DNA of 64,000 nt, taken from Desulfomonilia bacterium (GTDB lineage Bacteria; Desulfobacterota; Desulfomonilia; UBA1062). Numbering within the stretch: the first letter of the stretch is position 1; each line of letters begins with the position of its first letter. This document shows, in pieces, positions 1 through 9,201 of this stretch. Location of the stretch: positions 96,001 to 160,000 of the forward strand of contig JBEKDT010000009.1 in the NCBI GenBank assembly GCA_050014195.1. Reading direction: 5' to 3'. The notes beneath the pieces were generated by a model that made no database searches, was not told the DNA's origin, and was given only the letters and a program-made list of their open reading frames with translations. The position numbers were made by a program, and so were the translations under genes.

Positions 1-2
1 AT

Positions 3-1295
3 ACGAGAGAGACTTTTTTTAAGAACATCTATCAACTTAAAGGTGGTGAATATGCAATTCTTGATTTAAATAAGAGGACATTCGAAAAGAAAAGATATTA
101 TGATTTAAACGGTATTAATAAATTAGTTTGCAAAGAGTCGGACTATTATCTTCGTTTCAGGGAACTATTTACTGACTCTGTCAAACTAAGATTGAGAAGT
201 GATGTTCCAGTTGGGAGCTGTCTTTCTGGCGGGCTGGATTCATCAGCCGTAGTTTCAATTATCGCAACACTATGGAAAGAGAAAGAGAGGGTTTTATTTA
301 ATACATTTACTGCGTGCTGGGACGATAAAAAGATAGATGAGAGAAAATATTCAGAAGCAATTGTTGAATCCTCAGGCTTCAGCGGCAACTTTATTTATCC
401 TTCCTCTGAAGATCTGACAGAGGACTTGGCCAGTCTTCTTTGGCATCAGGAAGAACCCTTTGGAAGCCTTTCAATTTTTGCTCAGTGGTCCGTCATGAAA
501 GCAGCACAAAAGAAGGGTATAAAAGTTCTTTTAGACGGTCAAGGAGGAGATGAAGTTTTTTGCGGATATGAAAGATATTATGCATATTATCTATCAGCTC
601 TATTGAAGCAGTTTATGCTTAGGGAATTCATTAATGAGTTTATAAAAGGTGTAGAAAATTCTAAACTAAAATTATCCGGAATGATCTTATATTATATTTA
701 TTTTAATTGTGTACATGTTCGTGCCCTACGTCATCATATTAAATCATATAGAATATTAAATCCAAATTTTTTCATGAATTATGACATATTAGTTCGTCTT
801 AAAAATGGCTTTAAAGAAGCTAATGATTTGTCTGAGCTTCAAAGAAACGAAATTCAAGGAGTTCAACTTTCACATCTTCTTAAATATGCTGATAGAAATT
901 CTATGGCTTTTTCTATTGAAACACGGCTACCATTTCTTGATTATAGATTAGTTGAATTTGCATTATCAATTCCCATGGGATTATTAATCCATGATGGATG
1001 GACTAAAAATATAGTAAGAGAAGGTCTGAAAAGGATAATACCAGATGAAATTAGGAGAAGGAAAGATAAGATTGGGTTTGAAGTTCCACAAGATTTATTT
1101 ATAAAACATATCTTAGAAAATTATTTTAATGATATTAATGAAAATAGCTTGATTAGCACATATTTCAATAAAAAATGGTTATTAAAAGATATAAAAACTA
1201 TAAGTCGAAAAAACCCTATCATATGGAAAACATTATGTCTAGATTTATGGTTCAAAGTATTTTTTGAAAACGCCTATAATAATTTTAATCAATGA
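3..1295 (+). CDS. asnB: Asparagine synthase (glutamine-hydrolysing) family amidotransferase, 5'-truncated by window edge; probably amidates a polysaccharide sugar
   Basis: RSDVPVGSCLSGGLDSS, LDGQGGDEVFCGY and DRNSMAFSIETRLPFLD motifs; frame open back to position 3. Confidence 0.9.
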   Translation, partial: TRETFFKNIYQLKGGEYAILDLNKRTFEKKRYYDLNGINKLVCKESDYYLRFRELFTDSVKLRLRSDVPVGSCLSGGLDSSAVVSIIATLWKEKERVLFNTFTACWDDKKIDERKYSEAIVESSGFSGNFIYPSSEDLTEDLASLLWHQEEPFGSLSIFAQWSVMKAAQKKGIKVLLDGQGGDEVFCGYERYYAYYLSALLKQFMLREFINEFIKGVENSKLKLSGMILYYIYFNCVHVRALRHHIKSYRILNPNFFMNYDILVRLKNGFKEANDLSELQRNEIQGVQLSHLLKYADRNSMAFSIETRLPFLDYRLVEFALSIPMGLLIHDGWTKNIVREGLKRIIPDEIRRRKDKIGFEVPQDLFIKHILENYFNDINENSLISTYFNKKWLLKDIKTISRKNPIIWKTLCLDLWFKVFFENAYNNFNQ

Positions 1296-2470
1296 GTAAT
1301 ATAGATATCAGACATAGAATTGCTTTTATTATACCTCTTTTTATTTATGCAGGTTATTTTAAGTCATCAACATTTGATTTTGCTAGGTGGTATTCAGATC
1401 TTACTTTTTGGTTATTAATTTTTATTATATTAGTTCAATTATCTAAGATAAATTCTAATAAGATTCACTTTCGCAAATTCAATCCGGTCTTTTTCATCTT
1501 CCTGCCAATATCGTTCATGATATTGATTTCTGTTCTATTCGGCGAACTAACATCTAATGGTTTAATAAAAATGAAAGGTTTTATAGTAATATTAATCCCT
1601 ACTGTTCTAGTCAGCTTCTGGGTCATAAAGAATGAAGCTGATCTTAAGTACTTAGGTAATGGAATCATTGCATTGGGGCTTTTTACCAGTGCATATATTT
1701 TATCTAATTCAATATATAAGTCATGGGGAAATGTACAGTATTTGTCCTGCGGCACTATGACATCATTGGGCGGGCTTGTTTCAATTCATAGATTTTTAGT
1801 TGAGATCAAGAAGAGATGGTTTTACTTTTTATCATGTTGTATCTGTTCTATAGGTGTTATAGTAAGCTATGCACGTGGCCAGCAACTTATCTATTCCTTA
1901 ATATTATGTTCCATGTTGACATATTATTTTTGCTTTATCCGAGAGAAAATAAAGAAGAAAGTTATAGTGATATTCTGTCTAATTATATTATCAATACTTA
2001 TACTAATTGTTTACAATACCAAGTTAAGCTTGGATGAGAATTTTCTATATAGATTTGGTGAGAATTATTTTGAAGAAGGATTAGATTTACGATTTATATT
2101 ATTTGAAAATGCTCTGACATTATTCAGACAAAACCCCTTCATCCCGGCTGGAATAGGACAATACTCAGTAGAATTTCAAGGAGAAATAATTAGATATCCA
2201 CATAATATACCCTTAGAATTTGCTGCAGAGTTTGGTTTTATTGGACTTCTTTATTACTGCTTATTAATCATGGGAGTTTTTTATGGTTATTTACGATTTA
2301 GAAAAAACAAAATTATTAGAGAACATCTAATTATATACGTTTTTCTTTTTTTAATATCCTTAAAACAAGGATATATTTATGAGGATAAGGATTTCTGGAC
2401 ATGGTCGGCTTTAGGCTTAGGATTTTTAGGTTGGCATAGAGTAGTTCTTGACAGGTATGGATCCAGATAA
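1292..2470 (+). CDS. O-antigen polymerase/ligase (Wzy/WaaL-like) membrane protein
   Basis: Multi-TM, very AT-rich, S-x-x-R-G loop and YPHNIPLE motif of the Wzy_C domain; polysaccharide locus context. Confidence 0.75.
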   Translation: MSNIDIRHRIAFIIPLFIYAGYFKSSTFDFARWYSDLTFWLLIFIILVQLSKINSNKIHFRKFNPVFFIFLPISFMILISVLFGELTSNGLIKMKGFIVILIPTVLVSFWVIKNEADLKYLGNGIIALGLFTSAYILSNSIYKSWGNVQYLSCGTMTSLGGLVSIHRFLVEIKKRWFYFLSCCICSIGVIVSYARGQQLIYSLILCSMLTYYFCFIREKIKKKVIVIFCLIILSILILIVYNTKLSLDENFLYRFGENYFEEGLDLRFILFENALTLFRQNPFIPAGIGQYSVEFQGEIIRYPHNIPLEFAAEFGFIGLLYYCLLIMGVFYGYLRFRKNKIIREHLIIYVFLFLISLKQGYIYEDKDFWTWSALGLGFLGWHRVVLDRYGSR

Positions 2471-2503
2471 AAGAAAAAGAAGAAGATCTAACTGTAATAG
2501 GCA

Positions 2504-3670
2504 GTGTGGTACATCAAGACTAATTTGGCAGATACATTTAAAATGATAGCAACTGCAATCCTAACATCAGCCCACGACATATCTGACACCCGAATTTTTT
2601 ATAAAGAATGCAAAACTCTTGCAGGAGCTGGATACCAGGTCACCTACATTGTACCACATGAACAGGATCATTTTCTTAATGGAGTGTGTATTCATTCTGT
2701 CCCAAAGCCTAAAAACAGATTGGATCGCTTCATTTATACAATTTGGAATGTGTATAAGGCAGCAAAAATCGAAGATGTAGAATGTTATCATTTCCATGAT
2801 CCTGAACTAATACCCATTGGTTTGTTATTGAAGATTAAAGGTAAAAAGGTCATCTATGATGTACATGAAGATGTACCCAAACAGATTCTGAATAAAAATT
2901 GGATTCCTTCTATTCTCAGATCTGTAGTGTCTAAGGTTACAGGTTTTGTTGAACATCTAAGCGCGTTGTTCTTTGATGGGATAATTGCAGCTACACCAGA
3001 TATTGCTAGTAATTTTCCTGAAACAAAAACAATCATTGTTCAAAATTTTCCTATTCAGCACGAATTAACAACATCTCATCCTACGCCATATTGTAAAAGA
3101 TCCCCAATCATTGCATACGTAGGAGGGATATCAGAAATTCGTGGTATTAAGGAGATGATCCGTGCAATGAGCATACTAAAGCCACATTGCGGGGCGTGTA
3201 TACATATAGGTGGCACATTTTACCCATCCAATCTAGAAGAAGAAGTAAAAAATCTAACAGGTTGGGCTCATGTAAAATACATGGGTTGGCTATCCCGTGA
3301 GCAGATTTCACATCTGCTCAATAACGCAAGAATAGGTTTAGTTCTCCTTCATCCGAAAAAAAATTATCTACTAAGCTATCCAATAAAATTGTTTGAATAT
3401 ATGTCAGTGGGAATCCCTGTTATAGCATCTGATTTTCCGCTTTGGAGAGAAATTATTGAAGGCGCAGGTTGTGGTCTTCTGGTTAATCCCCTTGATCCAA
3501 AAGCCATTGCAGATTCAATACTATGGTTGCTCGAACATCCTGAAGAAGCCGAAATCATGGGGAAAAGAGGACAAGAGGCAGTTAGACATCGATATAATTG
3601 GCAGAATGAAGAAATTAAGTTATTAGATTTTTACAGCAAGATCCTAGGTAACATAAATAATTGTATCTGA
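2504..3670 (+). CDS. Glycosyltransferase family 4 (start may be ATG 2543)
   Basis: TSAH..DTRIF, HFHDPEL, PIKLFEYMSVGIPVIASDF GT4 motifs. Confidence 0.9.
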   Translation: MWYIKTNLADTFKMIATAILTSAHDISDTRIFYKECKTLAGAGYQVTYIVPHEQDHFLNGVCIHSVPKPKNRLDRFIYTIWNVYKAAKIEDVECYHFHDPELIPIGLLLKIKGKKVIYDVHEDVPKQILNKNWIPSILRSVVSKVTGFVEHLSALFFDGIIAATPDIASNFPETKTIIVQNFPIQHELTTSHPTPYCKRSPIIAYVGGISEIRGIKEMIRAMSILKPHCGACIHIGGTFYPSNLEEEVKNLTGWAHVKYMGWLSREQISHLLNNARIGLVLLHPKKNYLLSYPIKLFEYMSVGIPVIASDFPLWREIIEGAGCGLLVNPLDPKAIADSILWLLEHPEEAEIMGKRGQEAVRHRYNWQNEEIKLLDFYSKILGNINNCI

Positions 3671-3671
3671 A

Positions 3672-4349
3672 ATGTTACTACTTGATTGCGCTGATAAAAG
3701 CATGAGGAGAAAAGATTTGTTTGAAAGGATTCTCATTTTAGCACCACACACGGATGATGGTGAATTTGGTTGTGGTGGAGCGATATCAAAGTTTATCGAT
3801 TTGGGGAAGGAAGTGTATTATGTTGCTTTTTCGGATTGTAAAAAATCCCTTCCTCCGGATATGGCGCCTGATACCCTAGTGAAAGAACTAATGAGCGCAA
3901 CCAAGATACTAGGTGTCCCTCCTTCGAATGTTATCGTAAAAGAATTTGAACTACGGTGCTATGAAAGAGATCGACAAGAGATACTTGAGGAGATTATTAT
4001 CATCGGGAAAGATATTAACCCTGATCTAGTGTTCTTGCCCTCACCAAATGATTTACACCAGGATCATGAGACGATAGCTATGGAAGGTCTCCGCGCCTTC
4101 AAGCTGTCAGCTACAATTCTCGGCTATGAAATGCCTTGGAATAATTTGACATTTAATACTACTTGTTTCATAGGCCTGACAGAACAAAATCTTCAAAAAA
4201 AGGTCGAGGCGCTTCGATGTTACAAGTCTCAAGCTGAAAGATTTTATGCGACAGAGGAATTGGTTCGATCTTTGGCAATCACAAGGGGAACTCAAGTAAA
4301 CACACACTATGCTGAAACCTTTGATGTGCTTAGATGGCTTATAAAATAA
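3672..4349 (+). CDS. PIG-L/LmbE family deacetylase
   Basis: LAPHTDDGEFGCGG and HQDH metal-binding motifs; YKSQ near the C-terminus. Confidence 0.9.
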   Translation: MLLLDCADKSMRRKDLFERILILAPHTDDGEFGCGGAISKFIDLGKEVYYVAFSDCKKSLPPDMAPDTLVKELMSATKILGVPPSNVIVKEFELRCYERDRQEILEEIIIIGKDINPDLVFLPSPNDLHQDHETIAMEGLRAFKLSATILGYEMPWNNLTFNTTCFIGLTEQNLQKKVEALRCYKSQAERFYATEELVRSLAITRGTQVNTHYAETFDVLRWLIK

Positions 4350-4389
4350 CAAGAAAAATTAATCCTACTATCCTCGTAGGAATATCCAC

Positions 4390-5718
4390 ATGAAGCACGA
4401 CATTGATGAATTGGAAACACTCACTTATGAGCAGAGCTATAATGGAATAGATAGGGCTCTTCTCATACAGCAGCTGAAGTATGTCGCAGAAAACAGTCTT
4501 TTTTATCTGGAGAAATACGAAGAACATCGTTTAGAAAAAAATGATATCATCGACGTGAATAACTTTGAATTAGTGCCCTTTACTTATAAAGAAGAACTAT
4601 TGAGAGAGCAGGAAAAATATCCACCATTTGGTCGCTTGGCAACAAAGGATAATCAACACCATCTTCGTCGTGTACACATGACTTCAGGTTCAACAGGCAG
4701 ACCTCTGTATGTTGTATTAACTGAGAATGATTTGTTTGCAACTGTTGAAGCAGGACGTCGGGCATTTCTCTGTGCTGGGCTTAATGATGAAGATACGGTT
4801 ATTCACTGTCTGAACTACTGCTTATGGGCTGGAGGGCTGACTGATCACCTCAGTCTTGAGGCTACAGGTGCTACGGTTATCCCCTATGGCGTTGGGAACA
4901 CCAAACAACTTCTTCGGACAATTATTAATCTGAGACCAACAGCCATTTCTTGCACACCATCTTATCTGACAAGGCTGGAGTATATTTTGCGTGAGGAGTT
5001 TCAGTTATCCCCTGCTGCCCTTGGTCTTGAAAAGGCGTTCTTGGGGGGTGAGGGAGGTCTACAGAACCCGTTGGTGCGATCACGTATTGAAGAAACATGG
5101 AAAATGAAAGCAATTGATGCCAACTATGGAATGGCCGATGTCTTGAGTATATTTGGAGCGGAATGTGAGGCTCGAACAGGGTTGCATTTTCATGGGCAGG
5201 GTATCTTATATCTCGAACTCATTGATCCTTCATCTAATAAGAATTTACCAGTTGTAGATGGAGTAGTTGCTGAAATGGTTTTAACGAATCTAAGAAGAGA
5301 AGCTCAGCCTCTTGTGAGATATCGTACCAGAGATCTCATTCAAATTGTGTCAACCAGCCAATGCACATGTGGACGAAAATCATTCCGATTCCTTGTAATG
5401 GGGCGCACAGATGACATGATCACAGTTCGTGGTATTAATGTCTACCCAAATGCAATTGCAAATATCCTAGTGAAGCATCCAGAATGGTTCAGTGGAGAAT
5501 ATGAACTTATTGTGGATACACCTCCCCCAATTGAAATGCCACTCTTGCGGGTTGAATTATCTGCAAGTATTGAGTCAATTAATAATGAATCGCTTAGTTA
5601 TTATTTGATTAAAAAGTGTCATGAAAATCTTAATTTCAGACCCCGTATAGAGTTCATGGCACATGGTCATTTTCCCCGGACTGAAGGTAAGACCAAAAGA
5701 CTTAGGAAGATATACTGA
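4390..5718 (+). CDS. Phenylacetate-CoA ligase (PaaK)-like adenylating enzyme
   Basis: TSGSTGRP, YGMAD, RYRTRD, GRTDDMITVRGINVYP, C-terminal GKTKR. Confidence 0.85.
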   Translation: MKHDIDELETLTYEQSYNGIDRALLIQQLKYVAENSLFYLEKYEEHRLEKNDIIDVNNFELVPFTYKEELLREQEKYPPFGRLATKDNQHHLRRVHMTSGSTGRPLYVVLTENDLFATVEAGRRAFLCAGLNDEDTVIHCLNYCLWAGGLTDHLSLEATGATVIPYGVGNTKQLLRTIINLRPTAISCTPSYLTRLEYILREEFQLSPAALGLEKAFLGGEGGLQNPLVRSRIEETWKMKAIDANYGMADVLSIFGAECEARTGLHFHGQGILYLELIDPSSNKNLPVVDGVVAEMVLTNLRREAQPLVRYRTRDLIQIVSTSQCTCGRKSFRFLVMGRTDDMITVRGINVYPNAIANILVKHPEWFSGEYELIVDTPPPIEMPLLRVELSASIESINNESLSYYLIKKCHENLNFRPRIEFMAHGHFPRTEGKTKRLRKIY

Positions 5719-5884
5719 ATAAGATATCTTGCCACCTATAATTTAGGGATACTGATGAACAAGCGAACTCATCTATTAAGAGATTTAGTAGGATATCTTC
5801 ATCTGAAAAGATTACGAATTATCCTTCACACTATTTTACCTCAATTAATGTGTATTGATCAAAAGTCATTAGGGGGATATTAAT

Positions 5885-6766
5885 TTGAAAGTAATAACTA
5901 GTATGCACATTGCACAGTTCCTCGGGAAAACTTTACAAGGAGAACCAAACCCGATTTTTAAACCTGCAAACCTAAGCGATTGTGGACCGAATGATATTGT
6001 CTGGGTGAAAAGCTATACACAGGAACGACTTATTTTGCTTGAAAAAAGACAACCAGGATTAGCTATCTGTGATATGAAAACATCAGAAAAAACAACAGTT
6101 CCTACTATTCTATCAGAAAATCCACGGCTTGATTTCATTCGTGTGCTAAACCATTTTTATCTTGAGAAGAGAGAAGCTTGTATACACCCCACTGCAATCA
6201 TTGAGAAGAGCGCAACAGTTGGCAAAGATGTTACCATAGGTGCATATGCCTATATAGGTCATGATGTATTAATAGGTGACGGATGCAACATAGGAACTGG
6301 TGTAGTCATAGAAGGCAAAGTTTGCCTAGGAAATAGGTGCGTTATAAAGTCTAATGCTGCCCTTGGTGGACAGGGATTTGGTTTTGAATATGATGAATAC
6401 GGAAATCTAATTCATTTCCCGCATCTTGGAAGTATTATTACTGAAGATGATGTCTGGATTGGGTCCTGTTCTACAGTAGAAATTGGAACACTTGGAGCTA
6501 CTAGGATTTTTCGTGGTTCAAAAATTGATGATCTGGTTCAAGTGGGACATAATGTCACTGTCGGTCGAAACACGCTAATAATGGCAAACACAGTTCTTTG
6601 TGGTGGTTGCAGTATAGGTGAGAGGTGCTGGATAGCACCGAACAGTGTCATAAAAGAAAAGGTAAACATTGGGGACAATGTTACAGTTGGGCTAGGATCA
6701 GTGGTGCTAAGAGATGTAGAGGATGGAGTTGTAGTAGCAGGAGTTCCGGCAAAACCTCTCCAATAG
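5885..6766 (+). CDS. LpxD-like hexapeptide-repeat acyltransferase 1
   Basis: NPRLDF N-domain, hexapeptide repeats, GFGF, KIDDLVQVGHNV (catalytic His kept), GVPAK; TTG start. Confidence 0.8.
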   Translation: MKVITSMHIAQFLGKTLQGEPNPIFKPANLSDCGPNDIVWVKSYTQERLILLEKRQPGLAICDMKTSEKTTVPTILSENPRLDFIRVLNHFYLEKREACIHPTAIIEKSATVGKDVTIGAYAYIGHDVLIGDGCNIGTGVVIEGKVCLGNRCVIKSNAALGGQGFGFEYDEYGNLIHFPHLGSIITEDDVWIGSCSTVEIGTLGATRIFRGSKIDDLVQVGHNVTVGRNTLIMANTVLCGGCSIGERCWIAPNSVIKEKVNIGDNVTVGLGSVVLRDVEDGVVVAGVPAKPLQ

Positions 6767-6808
6767 AACGTGAAATTAAAGAGTCTGTTTTAAGAGTGGA
6801 GGTTAATA

Positions 6809-7723
6809 ATGTATCGTATAAAAAAGTTCGAGATTAGGGCATCAGAGATAGCCGATTATCTCAATGAACAGCTTGTAGGAAATGATTTCATCATTACAAG
6901 TCCTCATTCCATTAGAACATACAAATCTTCTGAACACTCATCGATGGAAGTCAATAGAAGTCGAAGCCAGATATTGATCATTTCTGATCATCCTGTGCCA
7001 GTAGATTTATGTACAGGCTATATAATTTCACAGAACCCTGATCTTGACTTGGCATATATATTACGCGAATTTTTCTCTACAGCTCCAATTAACCAAATCC
7101 ATTCATCTGCGATGATTTCAGAAGAAGCCCGTATAGGGAGAAATGTAATGGTAGGTGCTCATACTATTATTGGTCCTGATGTTACAATTGGAGATAACAC
7201 AAAAATTTTTCATAATGTTGTAATAAATGGCCTTGTCCATATTGGCAAATTCTGTGTTATCAAAGATGGCGCAGTTATTGGTAGTGAGGGATGGGGTTTC
7301 ATTGACGATGAAGATGGTATTCCCTTTCATCCTCCTCAATTAGGTCTTATCAGTATTGAAGACAGGGTTTGGATAGGTTCGAACTCAACAATTGAACGTG
7401 GCATGATTGAAGAAACAGTGATTCATGCTGATGTAAAAATCGACGACCTTGTTCATGTCGGGGCAGGATCACACTTAGGACAAAAAAGTAAACTCACTGC
7501 AGGTGTTGTAGTAGCTTCTCATGTTACAATAGGGGAAAATGTTTATATTGCACCCAATGCAGTAATTCGGGAAGAGTTGAATATTGATGATGACGTAGTT
7601 ATTGGCATGGGTGCAGTTGTCATTAACAATCTTACTTCTGGCAATAGATATGTAGGCAATCCAGCCCGATTAATCAGAAAGAAGAAAAGGCAGACTGATG
7701 ATGAAAAAGATACAGTTTCCTGA
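6809..7723 (+). CDS. LpxD-like hexapeptide-repeat protein 2 (catalytic His position is Ala)
   Basis: Hexapeptide repeats, GSEGWGF, KIDDLVHVGAGS, GNPAR. Confidence 0.8.
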   Translation: MYRIKKFEIRASEIADYLNEQLVGNDFIITSPHSIRTYKSSEHSSMEVNRSRSQILIISDHPVPVDLCTGYIISQNPDLDLAYILREFFSTAPINQIHSSAMISEEARIGRNVMVGAHTIIGPDVTIGDNTKIFHNVVINGLVHIGKFCVIKDGAVIGSEGWGFIDDEDGIPFHPPQLGLISIEDRVWIGSNSTIERGMIEETVIHADVKIDDLVHVGAGSHLGQKSKLTAGVVVASHVTIGENVYIAPNAVIREELNIDDDVVIGMGAVVINNLTSGNRYVGNPARLIRKKKRQTDDEKDTVS

Positions 7724-8786
7724 AAAGATTACTCCATTTCTTCGTGAAAAACTTGCCCTCTTGGAATCATCTTTTGGGTCAGATTCCAATGAATACAGAG
7801 GGCTTTCTCTTCAATATATTTTGAGCCCTTTAGAAGCAAAGGAAACTATCGAGCAAAATCTCAAGCATTATGATGCAGGTTTGTATCTTAATGAAGCTGA
7901 AGGAGACTTACCTGGAATAGAAAGACTATATAGGAATGTACTCGTTATTGAACCAACCTTGGTATGTCTTGCCCATTGTCGCTACTGCCTTCGGAGCAAC
8001 TACACAAAACATACATTAACAGAGAGGCAATTGATCGATGTAGCGAAGTATTGCGGCAATTCTAGCAATAGAGATATTTTGAACGAAGTTCTTATCACCG
8101 GCGGGGATCCCCTTATCATACCTCAACGTTTGGAAGTTCTTTTAAATGCTCTGATAGACTATGCACCAAATATTAAAACTATCAGGATAGGGACACGTCT
8201 TCCTGGTCAGGATCCAGCACGTATAGATGAAAATGTAATTAGTCTTTTTATTAATAAACCAACTTTAAGGTTTGAATTGGCGACTCAGATCAATCACCCG
8301 GTAGAGTTTTTCCCTGAGGTTGAAGAGGCTTTTCTCAAAATCTCAGATTTAGGAGTAAAGATATATGCGCAGAATGTCCTTCTTAAAGGAGTAAATGACC
8401 AAATTGATGCGTTGGTTGAGTTGTATAATAGGATGCGGGTTAATAATATCGAAGCTCATTATTTATTCCATTGCGTGCCTATGGTTGGAATTCATCATTT
8501 AAGAACTACCATTGCGAAGGCTCTTATACTGATAAAAGATCTTGTTTGTTCTGGAAAAATATCAGGCAGAGTTAAGCCCATGCTTGCAGCTATGACAGAT
8601 ATCGGAAAGATAACCTTCTATGAAGGTGTTATACGTGATCGGAGAGATAATAGGGTTTTGTTGCAAAGTAACTACCAATTTGCTGACCGTATTGCATGGA
8701 ATCCATCATGGCAGCTTCCTGAATCTGCAGGAATAGATGAGCACGGCCTACTACGTGTGTGGTATATTGATGGTGATGACTCCTAA
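7698..8786 (+). CDS. KamA-family radical SAM protein (amino acid 2,3-aminomutase-like)
   Basis: CLAHCRYCLR, ITGGDPL, IRIGTR, QINHP, QNVLLKGVND, C-terminal GK (putative PLP Lys). Confidence 0.85.
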   Translation: MMKKIQFPEKITPFLREKLALLESSFGSDSNEYRGLSLQYILSPLEAKETIEQNLKHYDAGLYLNEAEGDLPGIERLYRNVLVIEPTLVCLAHCRYCLRSNYTKHTLTERQLIDVAKYCGNSSNRDILNEVLITGGDPLIIPQRLEVLLNALIDYAPNIKTIRIGTRLPGQDPARIDENVISLFINKPTLRFELATQINHPVEFFPEVEEAFLKISDLGVKIYAQNVLLKGVNDQIDALVELYNRMRVNNIEAHYLFHCVPMVGIHHLRTTIAKALILIKDLVCSGKISGRVKPMLAAMTDIGKITFYEGVIRDRRDNRVLLQSNYQFADRIAWNPSWQLPESAGIDEHGLLRVWYIDGDDS

Positions 8787-8805
8787 TATAGCTATGTGAA
8801 ATAAG

Positions 8806-8949
8806 ATGAGAACCTCGGCAAACAAAAAACAACACCATATCTGGATTTTCAACCATTATGCGATTACTCCTGATCTTCCTGGGGGAACCCGTCACTACCA
8901 CATTGCGTATGAACTCGGTCGGAATGGTTATGATGTAACAATATTTGCC
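8806..8949 (+). pseudogene. N-terminal fragment of a GT4 (WbuB-like) glycosyltransferase
   Basis: HIWIFNHYAITPDLPGGTRHY..A.EL...GYDVTIFA, then similarity stops abruptly. Confidence 0.75.
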
Positions 8950-9179
8950 ATGAATTGGGAGCAGTCACTTATATTTCAGGCAAAGGTGGCGATAACTATC
9001 AAGATCATTTCAAATTTAAGATGGCTGGTATCAACCTGGAAGTAAAGACCTATAAGCCAATACCGTATGACCAGAAAACTGATTTGTTCATGCCAGGACT
9101 CAGCATAATGGATGCATTGTTTAATCTTGGTAAATCTACAATAAATCTAATGAACTATTCCGCAGCAAGCGGCGAATAA
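8940..9179 (+). pseudogene. C-terminal fragment of a WbqC-family protein
   Basis: NICHELGAVTYISGKGGDNY ... Y.Q....FMPGLSIMDALFNLG, the typical WbqC C-terminus; N-terminal part missing. Confidence 0.75.
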
Positions 9180-9201
9180 TGAAACTCATAGAGATTGAAT
9201 T

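Noticed and set aside
5756-5884. 42-codon ORF between the ligase and acyltransferase 1, considered as a possible acyl carrier protein
   Set aside because: Too short, basic rather than acidic, and no DSL phosphopantetheine motif
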